The notes under the pieces are model-generated. The model worked only from the letters and a program-made list of their open reading frames with translations. It was not told the origin of the DNA and made no database searches. A DNA stretch of 51,691 nt from a virus. The stretch spans positions 1-51,691 of IMG/VR virus record IMGVR_UViG_3300033075_001734; one strand, 5' to 3'. Below are positions 1 to 9,435 of this stretch, in pieces. The position numbers and the translations under genes are program-made. The number at the start of each line of letters is the position of its first letter. Position 1 is the first letter of the stretch.

Positions 1-27
1 TTGATATATTATGCATAGGAGCATGTA

Positions 28-3000
28 ATGGCTGAGCAGACATTTAAATCACCAGGATTTTTTGAACGAGAAGTTGATCAATCAGCGCCAAGAACAATTG
101 GTCCTGCTGGAACACCCGCTGGCGTAATTGGTACGTCTAACAAGGGTCCCGCGTTCGTTCCGGTGACAGTTGCAAATTTTGATGAATTCGTTCAAACTTT
201 CGGTAATCTTGATCCAAAGAAATTTGGTCCATATGCCGTTAATGAATTTTTAAAGCATAGAGCTTCACTTACATACTTAAGAGTATTGGGCGCGGGCGCT
301 AATACGACTGATACACATATTGCGACAACACAGGCAACTGGGCGCGTGCAAAATGCAGGTGTATATTTAGATGGAATTTCAGCTGCACATGATTCTCGTG
401 GTAGACATGTAGGTGCTGTACAGTTTATTGTTGCTAGACATCAACTACAAACAAATGAAGCATTTGGTATGCCTATGTTTACTGATAATGCAAGTTATCA
501 AGGTGGATTTGCAAATTTAGTTAGAGGTATGGTTTTAATGGCGTCAGGAGCCCGTATGATGGTTCTTGATGGAAATGAAAGTTCTGTTGGACAATTTTCA
601 GCAACTGGCCCAGATGACGCTGCGACACCCGTAAGTGGTAAGTTTAAACTTGTTATTTCGTCAACGCTCGGAAATGAATTTTCTAATGTTGACAGCACAC
701 CAGGCGTTAAGATTTTTACAGCATCATTAAATCCTTCAAGTTCAGATTACATTGGTAAGATTCTTAATTCAGATCCCGATAAATTTGCTCAAGAACAACA
801 TTTATTTTATGGTGATTTTGCCGTTGATGATGAAGTTGCAACACCTACTGTAGTCGGTATTCTTTCTGGTTCAGCAACAACAAGTACCACATCTGGTGAT
901 ACATCGCTTGTGTTCAGAAAAATGTTCGGCGCATTTGACACTAGATACAAAGCGCCAAAATCATCAATGTTTATTTCGCAACCATTTGGTGCAACAGAAT
1001 ACGACTTGTTCAATATTGAATCACTTGATGATGGTGAATTTGCAAACAAACTGTATAAGATTTCTATCGTTGGGTTAAAGGCGTCTTTAGATGATTCAAA
1101 GCCCTATGGAACATTTACATTGCAAGTTAGAGATTGGAATGATACAGATCAAAATCCAATGGTTTTGGAATCATATCCAAATTGTTCATTAAATCCACAA
1201 GCTGAAAATTATATTGCAAAATTAATTGGTGATAGAAAAGTTTTCTTTAATTTTGATTCTTCTGTTGTTACAGAACGTCGAGTCACTGCAACTGGAAAAT
1301 ATCCAAATGTTTCAAAGCGAATCAGAGTTATTATGTCTGACGCCGCCGACCGAGGATTGGTTCCAGAAAAATCATTGCCTTTCGGATTTAGGGGACTTGA
1401 ATTATTAAAAACAAATGATTCTATGACCGATTCCGGGTCACTAGCAGCTAGAATAGTGGGTGTTCTTGGAGTAAGTTCTGGTTCAGCTCTTAGTGGTTCA
1501 ATACTTCCTCCGATACCTTTCAGATACAAAGTCACAAAAGGTGAAATTCCTACAACATCAGTATTTGATGGTGACCCAGGTCCAACAGAGAGCGTAAATA
1601 CGAGCTTACATTGGGGTATTAAATTTGAAAGAAATACGTTACCTTTGAACGCAAACTTGTCAGCTGATAAAAACCGTTGTTTAGCAGCATATACAAAGTT
1701 CATGGGTATCAAAAAACTTGATGCTCTTTATACTGGTTCTGGTGCTGATACGTTTAACAACAATAAGTTTACGTTAGCAAAAGTTGCATTTTCAAATACA
1801 TCAATTGCGCATCTTACTGGTACAGTAAATGATCATATTAGAGAAGCTGCCTATCTTAGAAACGGTCGTATTGATCAATCTGAATATACGATTGGTAGTA
1901 ATATTGGAAATCGTATTACGTTTGCAACTATTTTAGCAAAAGATACAGCCGCAAACTTTAATAAGTTTTCACAATTCGCCAAGTTCACAAATATGTTACA
2001 TGGTGGATATGATGGTGTTAATTTTCTTGATTCATCTGCTAAGAAATTAAATGATAAATCAACTTCATTTGATACGTCAGGTGCAGCTGAAGCAAATTAT
2101 GTCGCTCCCGGCCTAGTTATTAATCCCAACGGAACTGGTCAAACAAATTCATCTGTTTTGTCATATACGACAGCAGTTGATATCATGACCGATCCAATGG
2201 TGGTGAATATAAACATTCTCGGCATCCCAGGAATACGTGAAACATATATCACTGATTATACACTTACGAAAGTTCGTGACTATGGTTTAGCATACTACAT
2301 TATGGACATTCCATCATATGACGACGGAGGTACAAGATTGTATGATGAGTCAACTACAAGACCTGACGTTGAAAAAACAGTATCTTCGTTTGATTCAAGA
2401 GCAATTGACAACAATTACGCTGGAACTTATTTTCCAAGCGTTACAATTGACGATACGGTAAATAATAGAAAAGTAAAAGTTGCAGCATCAGTCGCAGCAT
2501 TTGGTGCATTAGCGTTTAATGATAGAGTTGCTTATCCTTGGTTCGCCCCAGCAGGATTTAATCGAGCATCATTGGATTTCGTTTCAAATGTTGAAATAAG
2601 ATTGAATGTAAAAGATCGTGATAGACTTTACGAGTCTAGAATTAATCCAATTGCAACATTCCCTAAATTGGGATTTGTAATTTATGGACAGAAAACATTA
2701 CAGATTAACAAATCTGCGCTCGACAGAGTTAATGTAAGAAGACTTCTTTTAGAAGTCAAACGTCAGATTGTTGAAGTTGCACAAAAAATGGCATTTGAAC
2801 AAAATACGCCCGCTGTTAGAAATAAATTTAGAGCTGATTCAGCTTTAAGATTAGGTTTGATTCAAGCACAAGCTGGCATAGAAAAATTTCAAGTTGTATG
2901 TGATGAAAGTAACAATACGGCAGATGATGTTGATCTTAACAGATTGAATGGTAGAATTGTTGTCGTCCCCACCAGAACAATTGAATTTATTGCCATTGAT

Positions 3001-3036
3001 TTTGTTATAACGCGTTCAGGAGTGTCATTCGTTTAA
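28..3036 (+). CDS. Phage tail sheath protein, paralog 1 (1002 aa)
   Basis: The N-terminus (SPGFFEREVD...PAGVIGTS.KG.AFVPV...FGP...YLRVLG) and the C-terminus (YGQKTLQ...LDRVNVRRLL...) are typical of contractile-tail sheath proteins. An AGGAG-like RBS (ataggagca) sits upstream of the ATG at 28. The next gene is a clear paralog. Confidence 0.75.
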   Translation: MAEQTFKSPGFFEREVDQSAPRTIGPAGTPAGVIGTSNKGPAFVPVTVANFDEFVQTFGNLDPKKFGPYAVNEFLKHRASLTYLRVLGAGANTTDTHIATTQATGRVQNAGVYLDGISAAHDSRGRHVGAVQFIVARHQLQTNEAFGMPMFTDNASYQGGFANLVRGMVLMASGARMMVLDGNESSVGQFSATGPDDAATPVSGKFKLVISSTLGNEFSNVDSTPGVKIFTASLNPSSSDYIGKILNSDPDKFAQEQHLFYGDFAVDDEVATPTVVGILSGSATTSTTSGDTSLVFRKMFGAFDTRYKAPKSSMFISQPFGATEYDLFNIESLDDGEFANKLYKISIVGLKASLDDSKPYGTFTLQVRDWNDTDQNPMVLESYPNCSLNPQAENYIAKLIGDRKVFFNFDSSVVTERRVTATGKYPNVSKRIRVIMSDAADRGLVPEKSLPFGFRGLELLKTNDSMTDSGSLAARIVGVLGVSSGSALSGSILPPIPFRYKVTKGEIPTTSVFDGDPGPTESVNTSLHWGIKFERNTLPLNANLSADKNRCLAAYTKFMGIKKLDALYTGSGADTFNNNKFTLAKVAFSNTSIAHLTGTVNDHIREAAYLRNGRIDQSEYTIGSNIGNRITFATILAKDTAANFNKFSQFAKFTNMLHGGYDGVNFLDSSAKKLNDKSTSFDTSGAAEANYVAPGLVINPNGTGQTNSSVLSYTTAVDIMTDPMVVNINILGIPGIRETYITDYTLTKVRDYGLAYYIMDIPSYDDGGTRLYDESTTRPDVEKTVSSFDSRAIDNNYAGTYFPSVTIDDTVNNRKVKVAASVAAFGALAFNDRVAYPWFAPAGFNRASLDFVSNVEIRLNVKDRDRLYESRINPIATFPKLGFVIYGQKTLQINKSALDRVNVRRLLLEVKRQIVEVAQKMAFEQNTPAVRNKFRADSALRLGLIQAQAGIEKFQVVCDESNNTADDVDLNRLNGRIVVVPTRTIEFIAIDFVITRSGVSFV

Positions 3037-3102
3037 TTAACGGATCAATTAATTCACAATGATAGCAATAAACAGAATACTTAGACACAAGGAAAATAGA
3101 CG

Positions 3103-6100
3103 ATGTCACAGTTAAAATTTGGAAGCGCTGGCGTTTCAGCAAGAGAAATTGATTTAACAAGCCCAATTGAACATGAACCGTCAGGTGTTCCTGCTGGTAT
3201 TATTGGAACATCTGTTAAAGGACGTGCATTCGTACCATTGACAATGGGCCTTATTGAAGATTTTTATTCTAAGTTTGGAAAAACTGATGGTAAGAAATTT
3301 GGACCATTGGCAGTAACAGAATGGTTACGTAATGCAGGTTCTGTTACATATTTAAGAGTTCTTGGAGTTGGAAATGGTCTCGAAAGAAATGCTGACGGGT
3401 CAGTAACTTCAGCTGGTTTTACCGTTGGTGAAAATCAGCCAAGATTGAGCGATGGAACTTTATTTGGTAATGAATATGCCACGTCAGGTAGTAACAGTGT
3501 TTCTGGCAGAACGTTCATTTTAGGCGCGTTTATGTCAGAGTCTGCTGGTTCAACTGTATTTTCAGAAGCTGGCATCTTGGGACAGGGAAGTGTTACACCA
3601 ATGACAGTGGGGACAGGTTCAAGTCTCCCGGTTGTTAGGGCGATTTTAATGGCGGCATCAGGCGTTATTTTACGATTATCATCGTCAATTACTTCGTCTA
3701 CGGCACCTGCTTCAACGTTGATAGCAACTGAACAAAGTTCACAAGGTTCGTTATTTGGTGCTGTAACTTTATTAGATGGTACTGTCGCTAAACAAGAATT
3801 TGTGTTACTTTTGAATGGACACAAAGGAACAGATCCTTTATATCCAAACGTAATTACTGCATCATTTGATGTCACATCACCAAGTTATTTTGCGAATGTC
3901 TTAAATACAGATCCGTATAAATATCAACAGGCAGGACATTATCTATACGCTCACTGGGATTTGCACCCAGCAACAACAGTTGTAACCGGTTCGGGATTAT
4001 TGAATATTCTCAGTGGTTCTTCAGCTGCCACGGCCGTTAGATCTGGTGTTGAAATTTCAGCGTTTATTACAACGGGTTCAACTGCACGCAACGTAGGTAG
4101 TGCAACGATTCCTAATTATGAATCTTTTACAGACAGATTTAAATCAGCTAATACGCCGTGGGTTATTTCACAAAGATTTGGTGGTACTGCAACAAATCTA
4201 TTTAGATTACACGCTCTTGACGCTGGTGCTGGAATTTCTGCGAATTACAAATTCTCAATCGAGAACATCACACCTTCCTCAGATCCGGCAAATGAATATG
4301 GCAACTTTGATCTTGTCGTAAGAGATTGGAATGACAGAGATTCAGATCAAATACCGCTTGAACAATTTAGAGGATTAAATCTCGATCCAAGTTCAGATCG
4401 ATATATCTGCAAAGTTATTGGTGATGCTAATATCTTTTATGATTTTGATCAGGTTGTATCAAGTCAAAAATTGATAATTGAAGGAAATTATCCTAACAGA
4501 TCTAACCTTGTTAGAGTCGAAGTTTCTACTGACGTAGAAAACCAAGCAGTTGATGCTACGGCATTGCCATTTGGTGTTAGAGGAATTTCACATCTTATGA
4601 CTTCTGGCACGATGCCAATGACAAGTCCTTCTCATTCACACATGGATGTTGCAGGTGTTCTTAAACGAACAGTACAGGCACCATTGCCGATGAGAAAGAA
4701 TATTACGCAAGGAACTGGTGCTAAGCTGTCTGCAAATCCTCAACTTTATTGGGGAACACAATTTGAACATGTTACAAGTCTCACGACTCCAAACGCCGGG
4801 ACACTTAAAAATAAATCACTTGTAAGTTTTGCGAAATACTTCCCAGATTTTTCTCTTACACAACAAAATGTTGTCGTAGGGGATAATGTAGGAACAGTTG
4901 CAACTGCAGAAAATGGTATCATCGATTCAGACAGATTTAATCTAAATCAGTTTTCACTTGAAAATATACAAGTCGTAACTGCATCATCAGGTCTCGCAGA
5001 TCCAGCTTCTTGGAGTTCAGCAACTTATGTTAGAGACAGTAATATCACAACAAATGAAACTGCAAAAACAAGAAGACTTGCAGTAACTGACTTTACACAA
5101 GCAAATAGAAAGTTTTTGAAGTATACATTCTTTATGCAAGGTGGCTTTAATGGTGTTAATATCTTTGATGCCGATGAAGCAGAAATTACAAATACGGCAG
5201 TTGTTGCTGATATGAATGATGCTAACAGAGGTAGACAAGAAGGTCCGTCAGTTAAGGCGTTCAACAAAGCAATTGAAATTATGAAAAATGTTGTTAACGT
5301 TGATATTCAATTGTTAGCAATCCCCGGTATTCGTCATCCAATCGTTACAAACGCTGCTGATGATGCCGTTAAAGAAAGATTCGATGCACTTTATTTAATG
5401 GATATCGAACAACTTGATAATGCGGGCGCGAACGTAACGTCTGATTCACAATTACCTTCTGTATCTTTAACAGTAAGTAACTTTGCAGGAAGATCTCTTG
5501 ATTCAAGTTTCTCAGCAGCATATTTCCCAGATACACTTATGACAGATCCAACAACAAAGACCAACCTTTTTGTTCCACCTTCTGTTTCAGTTCTTGGAGC
5601 ACTCGCTCTTAACGATTCACTTGGGCATCCGTGGTTCGCACCAGCAGGTTTCACAAGAGGTTCACTACAAACAACACTTGAAGCAAGAGTTCAATTGTCA
5701 AAGACAAACATGGATTCTCTTTATGACAACAATATTAACCCGATTGTTGCATTCCCAGGAAACGCAACATCAGGAACTAATCCTAAAGGTGGTGTAGTTG
5801 TTTGGGGTCAAAAAACACTTCAAGTTGCAGCATCTGCGCTTGACAGAGTAAATGTCAGAAGACTTCTTATTGATGTCAGAAGACAAGTAAGAGACATTGC
5901 ACAAACAATTATTTTCGAACCAAATCGAGAATCAACCCTTGCAAAATTCTCTGCTGCTGTTGAACCAAAACTTGCAAGAATTCAAGCTCTTGCTGGTGTT
6001 GATAAGTACAAAGTTGTTATTGATACTTCAACTACTACACAGGCAGACGTAGAGAACAATACGTTGAGAGGCAAAATTTTCTTGCAGCCAACAAAGACAA

Positions 6101-6150
6101 TTGAATTTGTTTCCCTCGATTTCGTTGTCTCCAACAATATCTCAGGATAA
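3103..6150 (+). CDS. Phage tail sheath protein, paralog 2 (1015 aa)
   Basis: Both sheath motifs match ORF 28..3036 (PAGIIGTSVKGRAFVPLT...FGPLAV...YLRVLG, and C-terminal WGQKTLQ...LDRVNVRRLLIDVRRQ). The RBS is ggaaaataga upstream of the start. Confidence 0.75.
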   Translation: MSQLKFGSAGVSAREIDLTSPIEHEPSGVPAGIIGTSVKGRAFVPLTMGLIEDFYSKFGKTDGKKFGPLAVTEWLRNAGSVTYLRVLGVGNGLERNADGSVTSAGFTVGENQPRLSDGTLFGNEYATSGSNSVSGRTFILGAFMSESAGSTVFSEAGILGQGSVTPMTVGTGSSLPVVRAILMAASGVILRLSSSITSSTAPASTLIATEQSSQGSLFGAVTLLDGTVAKQEFVLLLNGHKGTDPLYPNVITASFDVTSPSYFANVLNTDPYKYQQAGHYLYAHWDLHPATTVVTGSGLLNILSGSSAATAVRSGVEISAFITTGSTARNVGSATIPNYESFTDRFKSANTPWVISQRFGGTATNLFRLHALDAGAGISANYKFSIENITPSSDPANEYGNFDLVVRDWNDRDSDQIPLEQFRGLNLDPSSDRYICKVIGDANIFYDFDQVVSSQKLIIEGNYPNRSNLVRVEVSTDVENQAVDATALPFGVRGISHLMTSGTMPMTSPSHSHMDVAGVLKRTVQAPLPMRKNITQGTGAKLSANPQLYWGTQFEHVTSLTTPNAGTLKNKSLVSFAKYFPDFSLTQQNVVVGDNVGTVATAENGIIDSDRFNLNQFSLENIQVVTASSGLADPASWSSATYVRDSNITTNETAKTRRLAVTDFTQANRKFLKYTFFMQGGFNGVNIFDADEAEITNTAVVADMNDANRGRQEGPSVKAFNKAIEIMKNVVNVDIQLLAIPGIRHPIVTNAADDAVKERFDALYLMDIEQLDNAGANVTSDSQLPSVSLTVSNFAGRSLDSSFSAAYFPDTLMTDPTTKTNLFVPPSVSVLGALALNDSLGHPWFAPAGFTRGSLQTTLEARVQLSKTNMDSLYDNNINPIVAFPGNATSGTNPKGGVVVWGQKTLQVAASALDRVNVRRLLIDVRRQVRDIAQTIIFEPNRESTLAKFSAAVEPKLARIQALAGVDKYKVVIDTSTTTQADVENNTLRGKIFLQPTKTIEFVSLDFVVSNNISG

Positions 6151-6163
6151 TTAGTAAGGTATT

Positions 6164-6958
6164 TTGCTAAAAGTCATCACACCATCTAAACCGGGTGTTT
6201 ATGAAATAAAAAACATAAACACCGGAATGATTTACGTTGGAGCTTCAAAAGATCCACGTAATAGATGGAAAACGCATATCGCAGCGAGCAAAAGAGCAGA
6301 CGATCTAAACAACTATTTTTACAGTTCATTACGAAAACATGGTAGTGATTCTTTTTCTTTCACGATTGTAAAAGAATTTGATACTTCGTTTGAAGCTTTT
6401 GAATATGAAAATATCAGAATGATCGAATTGCGAGAACTAGGATGCACACTTTACAATAAACATCCGGGTGGTAACGGTCATTTTGTAATGTCTAGCAAAA
6501 TGAAATTAGAACGCTCTGAACGTCTTTTAGGTACAAAATTAAGTAAAGAAATAAAAGAGAAAATTTCTAATTCGTTAAAAGGAAGAACTTTAACTGAGGA
6601 ACATAAAGAAAATATTGGAAAAGGTCTTAGTGTTCCTGAAGTAATTTTGAAACGAAGATTAACAAGAAAAAACGTTAAACTAACTAAAAACACAAAAGAG
6701 AAAATTTCAAATTCACTTAAACTTGCATATAAAAACAAAACAAAAATTGCTAAGCACTCTGGTGAGAGTAATCCACGATCAGTTTTAAATGAAAATGATG
6801 TTAAAGAAATCAGAAATTTGTGGAATTCTTTTATTCAAACTTCATCACTAAAACGTGGCGAAAAAGGAAAATATTATACTGAACTAGCAATTAAGTACAA
6901 TGTTTCACCTTCGAATATTTGTCGTTTAATTACAGGTCGTACTTGGAAAAACGTTTAA
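6164..6958 (+). mobile_element. Free-standing GIY-YIG homing endonuclease with NUMOD3-like repeats and C-terminal HTH
   Basis: It has GVYEIKN...GMIYVGAS (the GIY...YIG motif) with a conserved R (RNRWKTH), a Glu (FEYENIRMIEL) and an Asn. It carries two 'EKISNSLKG' NUMOD3-like repeats and a C-terminal IENR/HTH-like region. It is inserted between the sheath and tube genes. Confidence 0.7.
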
Positions 6959-7164
6959 CACAGATTAATCATGGTTCCACACCTATAGACCAATTTTGAC
7001 AGGGCTCTGATTATTCTCGGGCCGTTGTCGTTTAAACTTAAAGGCAAATTTATTAGTTGTTGCCTAGTTATTTGGGAATCAAAATAATAAGCAAAATAAA
7101 CTGAATTTCGTTTATGATTGACTGATATATAATTTATGAAACGATTAACACACGGAGAATTCTC

Positions 7165-7653
7165 ATGGCTGAAACACTAGACGTAACATCAATGATCCCA
7201 AACAATTTCGAATCAAAGCGAAAAAATCGTTTTATTCTTATGATAGAAGGAATTGATGCTTACATCGTCAAAAAAGCAAGTCGTCCAAAGATTTCAACTG
7301 CACCAATTGCAATTGATTTTATGAATGCACAAAGATTCGTCGCGGGCAAAACAACGTTCGGAACAATGTCAGTTTCTCTTCACGAACCAATTGCACCTTC
7401 GGGAGCACAACAGGTTATGGAATGGATTCGTTTACACTACGAATCTGTATCTGGTCGTTCTGGGTATGCTGATTTCTACAAACGTGACATTCAATTAAAA
7501 CTCGTAGATCCAGTCGGAACTGTTGTTGAATTCTGGGATGGAAAAGGCGCCTTAATTACAGAAGCCGATTTCGGTGATTTAGATTATTCAGCAGGTGATC
7601 TTGCTGAAATTAACTTAACAATTCAATGTGACAATTGGGTTCTTCAGTACTAA
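7165..7653 (+). CDS. Putative tail tube protein (162 aa)
   Basis: Its size and its position just downstream of the sheath genes match T4 gp19/P2 FII-type tubes. The RBS is acggagaa. No diagnostic motif could be verified by eye. Confidence 0.45.
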   Translation: MAETLDVTSMIPNNFESKRKNRFILMIEGIDAYIVKKASRPKISTAPIAIDFMNAQRFVAGKTTFGTMSVSLHEPIAPSGAQQVMEWIRLHYESVSGRSGYADFYKRDIQLKLVDPVGTVVEFWDGKGALITEADFGDLDYSAGDLAEINLTIQCDNWVLQY

Positions 7654-7766
7654 TTTAAGAAACGCAAACGTGTGTTTGATTTTGGTCGGAAATAAATTTT
7701 CTGACCATTTCTTTTTGTTTGTAATGAATGTATTGTAGAATTTAACGATATTATGTATTGTAATAT

Positions 7767-8039
7767 ATGAGTTCATTAACAGATCCATCACTTCATCAAA
7801 AAACAATTGATAGAATCGTTTCATATTTTCACAAAGTTGACAGACCTGTTTTGGTTGGAACTATTTCACTTGAGTATAAGTTTAATTTAAGTCAGACAAA
7901 GATTTTTTTTGATTATCTTGAAGATAAAGGAATTATTAGACAAATGACTGATGATGAAAAGAAAGAAAAACACCTTGATAAAAGATGTGATGCGTATATG
8001 TTAACGTCAAAAGCAGACATTAGTAAGGTTATGGGCTGA
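7767..8039 (+). CDS. Hypothetical protein (90 aa)
   Basis: ORF between tube and tape-measure region; possible tail assembly chaperone by position only. Confidence 0.3.
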   Translation: MSSLTDPSLHQKTIDRIVSYFHKVDRPVLVGTISLEYKFNLSQTKIFFDYLEDKGIIRQMTDDEKKEKHLDKRCDAYMLTSKADISKVMG

Positions 8040-8045
8040 TATGTT

Positions 8046-8258
8046 ATGAAACGAAAAGTGTCATTTAATACGCTTCTTTCGTTTCAAGATATGCTTGACA
8101 CTCTTCTCGTTGAAAATAAAATATCGCTGTCATCATATCATCAACGGTGGGTATCGGCGCTTGATAAAATGGGTTATTCAAATAGTGAATATGAACGTCT
8201 TATTGATGAACGCTGGGATATTATCACGAAAATTTTGACTTTAAAAATGTCGAATTAA
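8046..8258 (+). CDS. Hypothetical protein (70 aa)
   Basis: Small ORF tightly spaced after the previous one; its position is chaperone-like. Confidence 0.3.
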   Translation: MKRKVSFNTLLSFQDMLDTLLVENKISLSSYHQRWVSALDKMGYSNSEYERLIDERWDIITKILTLKMSN

Positions 8259-8291
8259 ACATTTACGTCTCAACAAGAGTGATTACAATTC

Positions 8292-9164
8292 TTGTTAGGA
8301 GTAAATATGTCAGAAGAACGAGAACAACGAAATCAGGTTTTTGGTGGTGAACAGCAACGGTCACACGCGGTGATTAATGCTGAAAAAGTTAAAGCAGATT
8401 TCGGGTTAGATATTCCGAATGAAACTGTTCCATTGCCTTCATGTGGCAAAACATATCATCCACAACATCCTTTGCACAAAGCTGAACGCGTTGATATTCG
8501 TGCAATGACAGCTCGTGAAGAAGATATTCTTACGAGTCCCGCCCTTTTGAAAAAGGGTACAGTAATTACTGAGTTAATTCGTTCATGTCTTGTTGATAAA
8601 CAAATTGATCCTGTTGAACTTTTGACCGGCGATAGAAATGCACTTATGGTTGCAATTCGTATTACGGGTTACGGCGCAGAATATGAAACAGAAGTTGAGT
8701 GCGGTGGATGTAACGTAAAATCAAAACAAGTTTTTAATCTTGCTGAATTACCTATTAAGAGCCTTGAACTTGAACCCGTTGAACCGGGAAGCAATTTATT
8801 TGAATTCGTACTCCCTTATTGCAAAAAGAGTGTCAAGTTTAAATTTATGAACGGTCTTGACGAAGAAGAAATAGTTGTTTCAAGTGAACGTCAAAAGAAA
8901 CTTGGAATGCAGGCGTCAACTTCAGTAACAACAAGTTTGATGCATAGCATAGTGTCAATTGACAATGTAACTGATAAATCAAAAATTAATGCTTTCATAA
9001 AGTTAATGCCAGCACGAGATTCTCTTGCTTTAAGAAATTACATTAAAGAAAATGAACCCGGTTTAAGACTCAAACAAGAAAAATCTTGTCCAATGTGTGA
9101 TCACACTGAGGAGGTCAGTATGCCGCTTGGTGCATCGTTTCTTTGGCCTTCGACCGCAGGATAA
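8292..9164 (+). CDS. Hypothetical zinc-ribbon protein (290 aa), possible tail assembly protein
   Basis: The RBS is ttaggagtaaat-ATG. It has two CxxC pairs (ECGGCN ... CPMCDH). Its 3' end overlaps a +1-frame ORF (9097..9417). Confidence 0.4.
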   Translation: MLGVNMSEEREQRNQVFGGEQQRSHAVINAEKVKADFGLDIPNETVPLPSCGKTYHPQHPLHKAERVDIRAMTAREEDILTSPALLKKGTVITELIRSCLVDKQIDPVELLTGDRNALMVAIRITGYGAEYETEVECGGCNVKSKQVFNLAELPIKSLELEPVEPGSNLFEFVLPYCKKSVKFKFMNGLDEEEIVVSSERQKKLGMQASTSVTTSLMHSIVSIDNVTDKSKINAFIKLMPARDSLALRNYIKENEPGLRLKQEKSCPMCDHTEEVSMPLGASFLWPSTAG

Positions 9165-9417
9165 AGAGACACTAATCTTAGAGCCTGCATTTCTTTTAAT
9201 GTATTATGGTGGTTTTACTTGGCGTGAAACCATCCATTTACCCGTTCAATATAAAAGATGGTTCGTTAATCGAATTGTTAAAGAATTGAATAAATCTTCG
9301 GGAGGAGAAGACGGTGGTGGACAGTCTAGAGCTCTTCATCAAAATTCACCCGAAACTCGTTCAATGCAAGGAATGCAAAGAACACAAACACCATCTAGGT
9401 TAAGAAGATTTACATAG
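9097..9417 (+). CDS. Hypothetical protein in +1 frame overlapping the 3' end of 8292..9164 (GTG start, or frameshift/extension product)
   Basis: The ORF is 106 aa and protein-like (ILEPAFLLMYYGGFTWRETIHLPVQYKRWFVNRIVKEL). It overlaps the upstream ORF by 68 nt. Its own start has no obvious SD, which leaves room for a programmed frameshift. Confidence 0.25.
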   Translation: MITLRRSVCRLVHRFFGLRPQDKETLILEPAFLLMYYGGFTWRETIHLPVQYKRWFVNRIVKELNKSSGGEDGGGQSRALHQNSPETRSMQGMQRTQTPSRLRRFT

Positions 9418-9435
9418 TTATTAATAATTACTTTC

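Noticed and set aside
498-5797. Numerous 60-170-aa ORFs on either strand nested inside the two sheath genes (e.g. 1209..1712 -, 3435..3875 -, 5391..5654 -)
   Set aside because: They sit inside long, well-supported sheath coding frames and are alternative-frame noise.
7118-7133. TTGACT ... TATATAAT upstream of the tube gene as a sigma70 promoter, or a T4-type late promoter TATAAATA
   Set aside because: The -35/-10 spacing is only ~4 bp, and the sequence is TATATAAT, not TATAAATA. The exact TATAAATA at about 28796 is inside the recA coding region. No consistent late-promoter motif could be established by eye.
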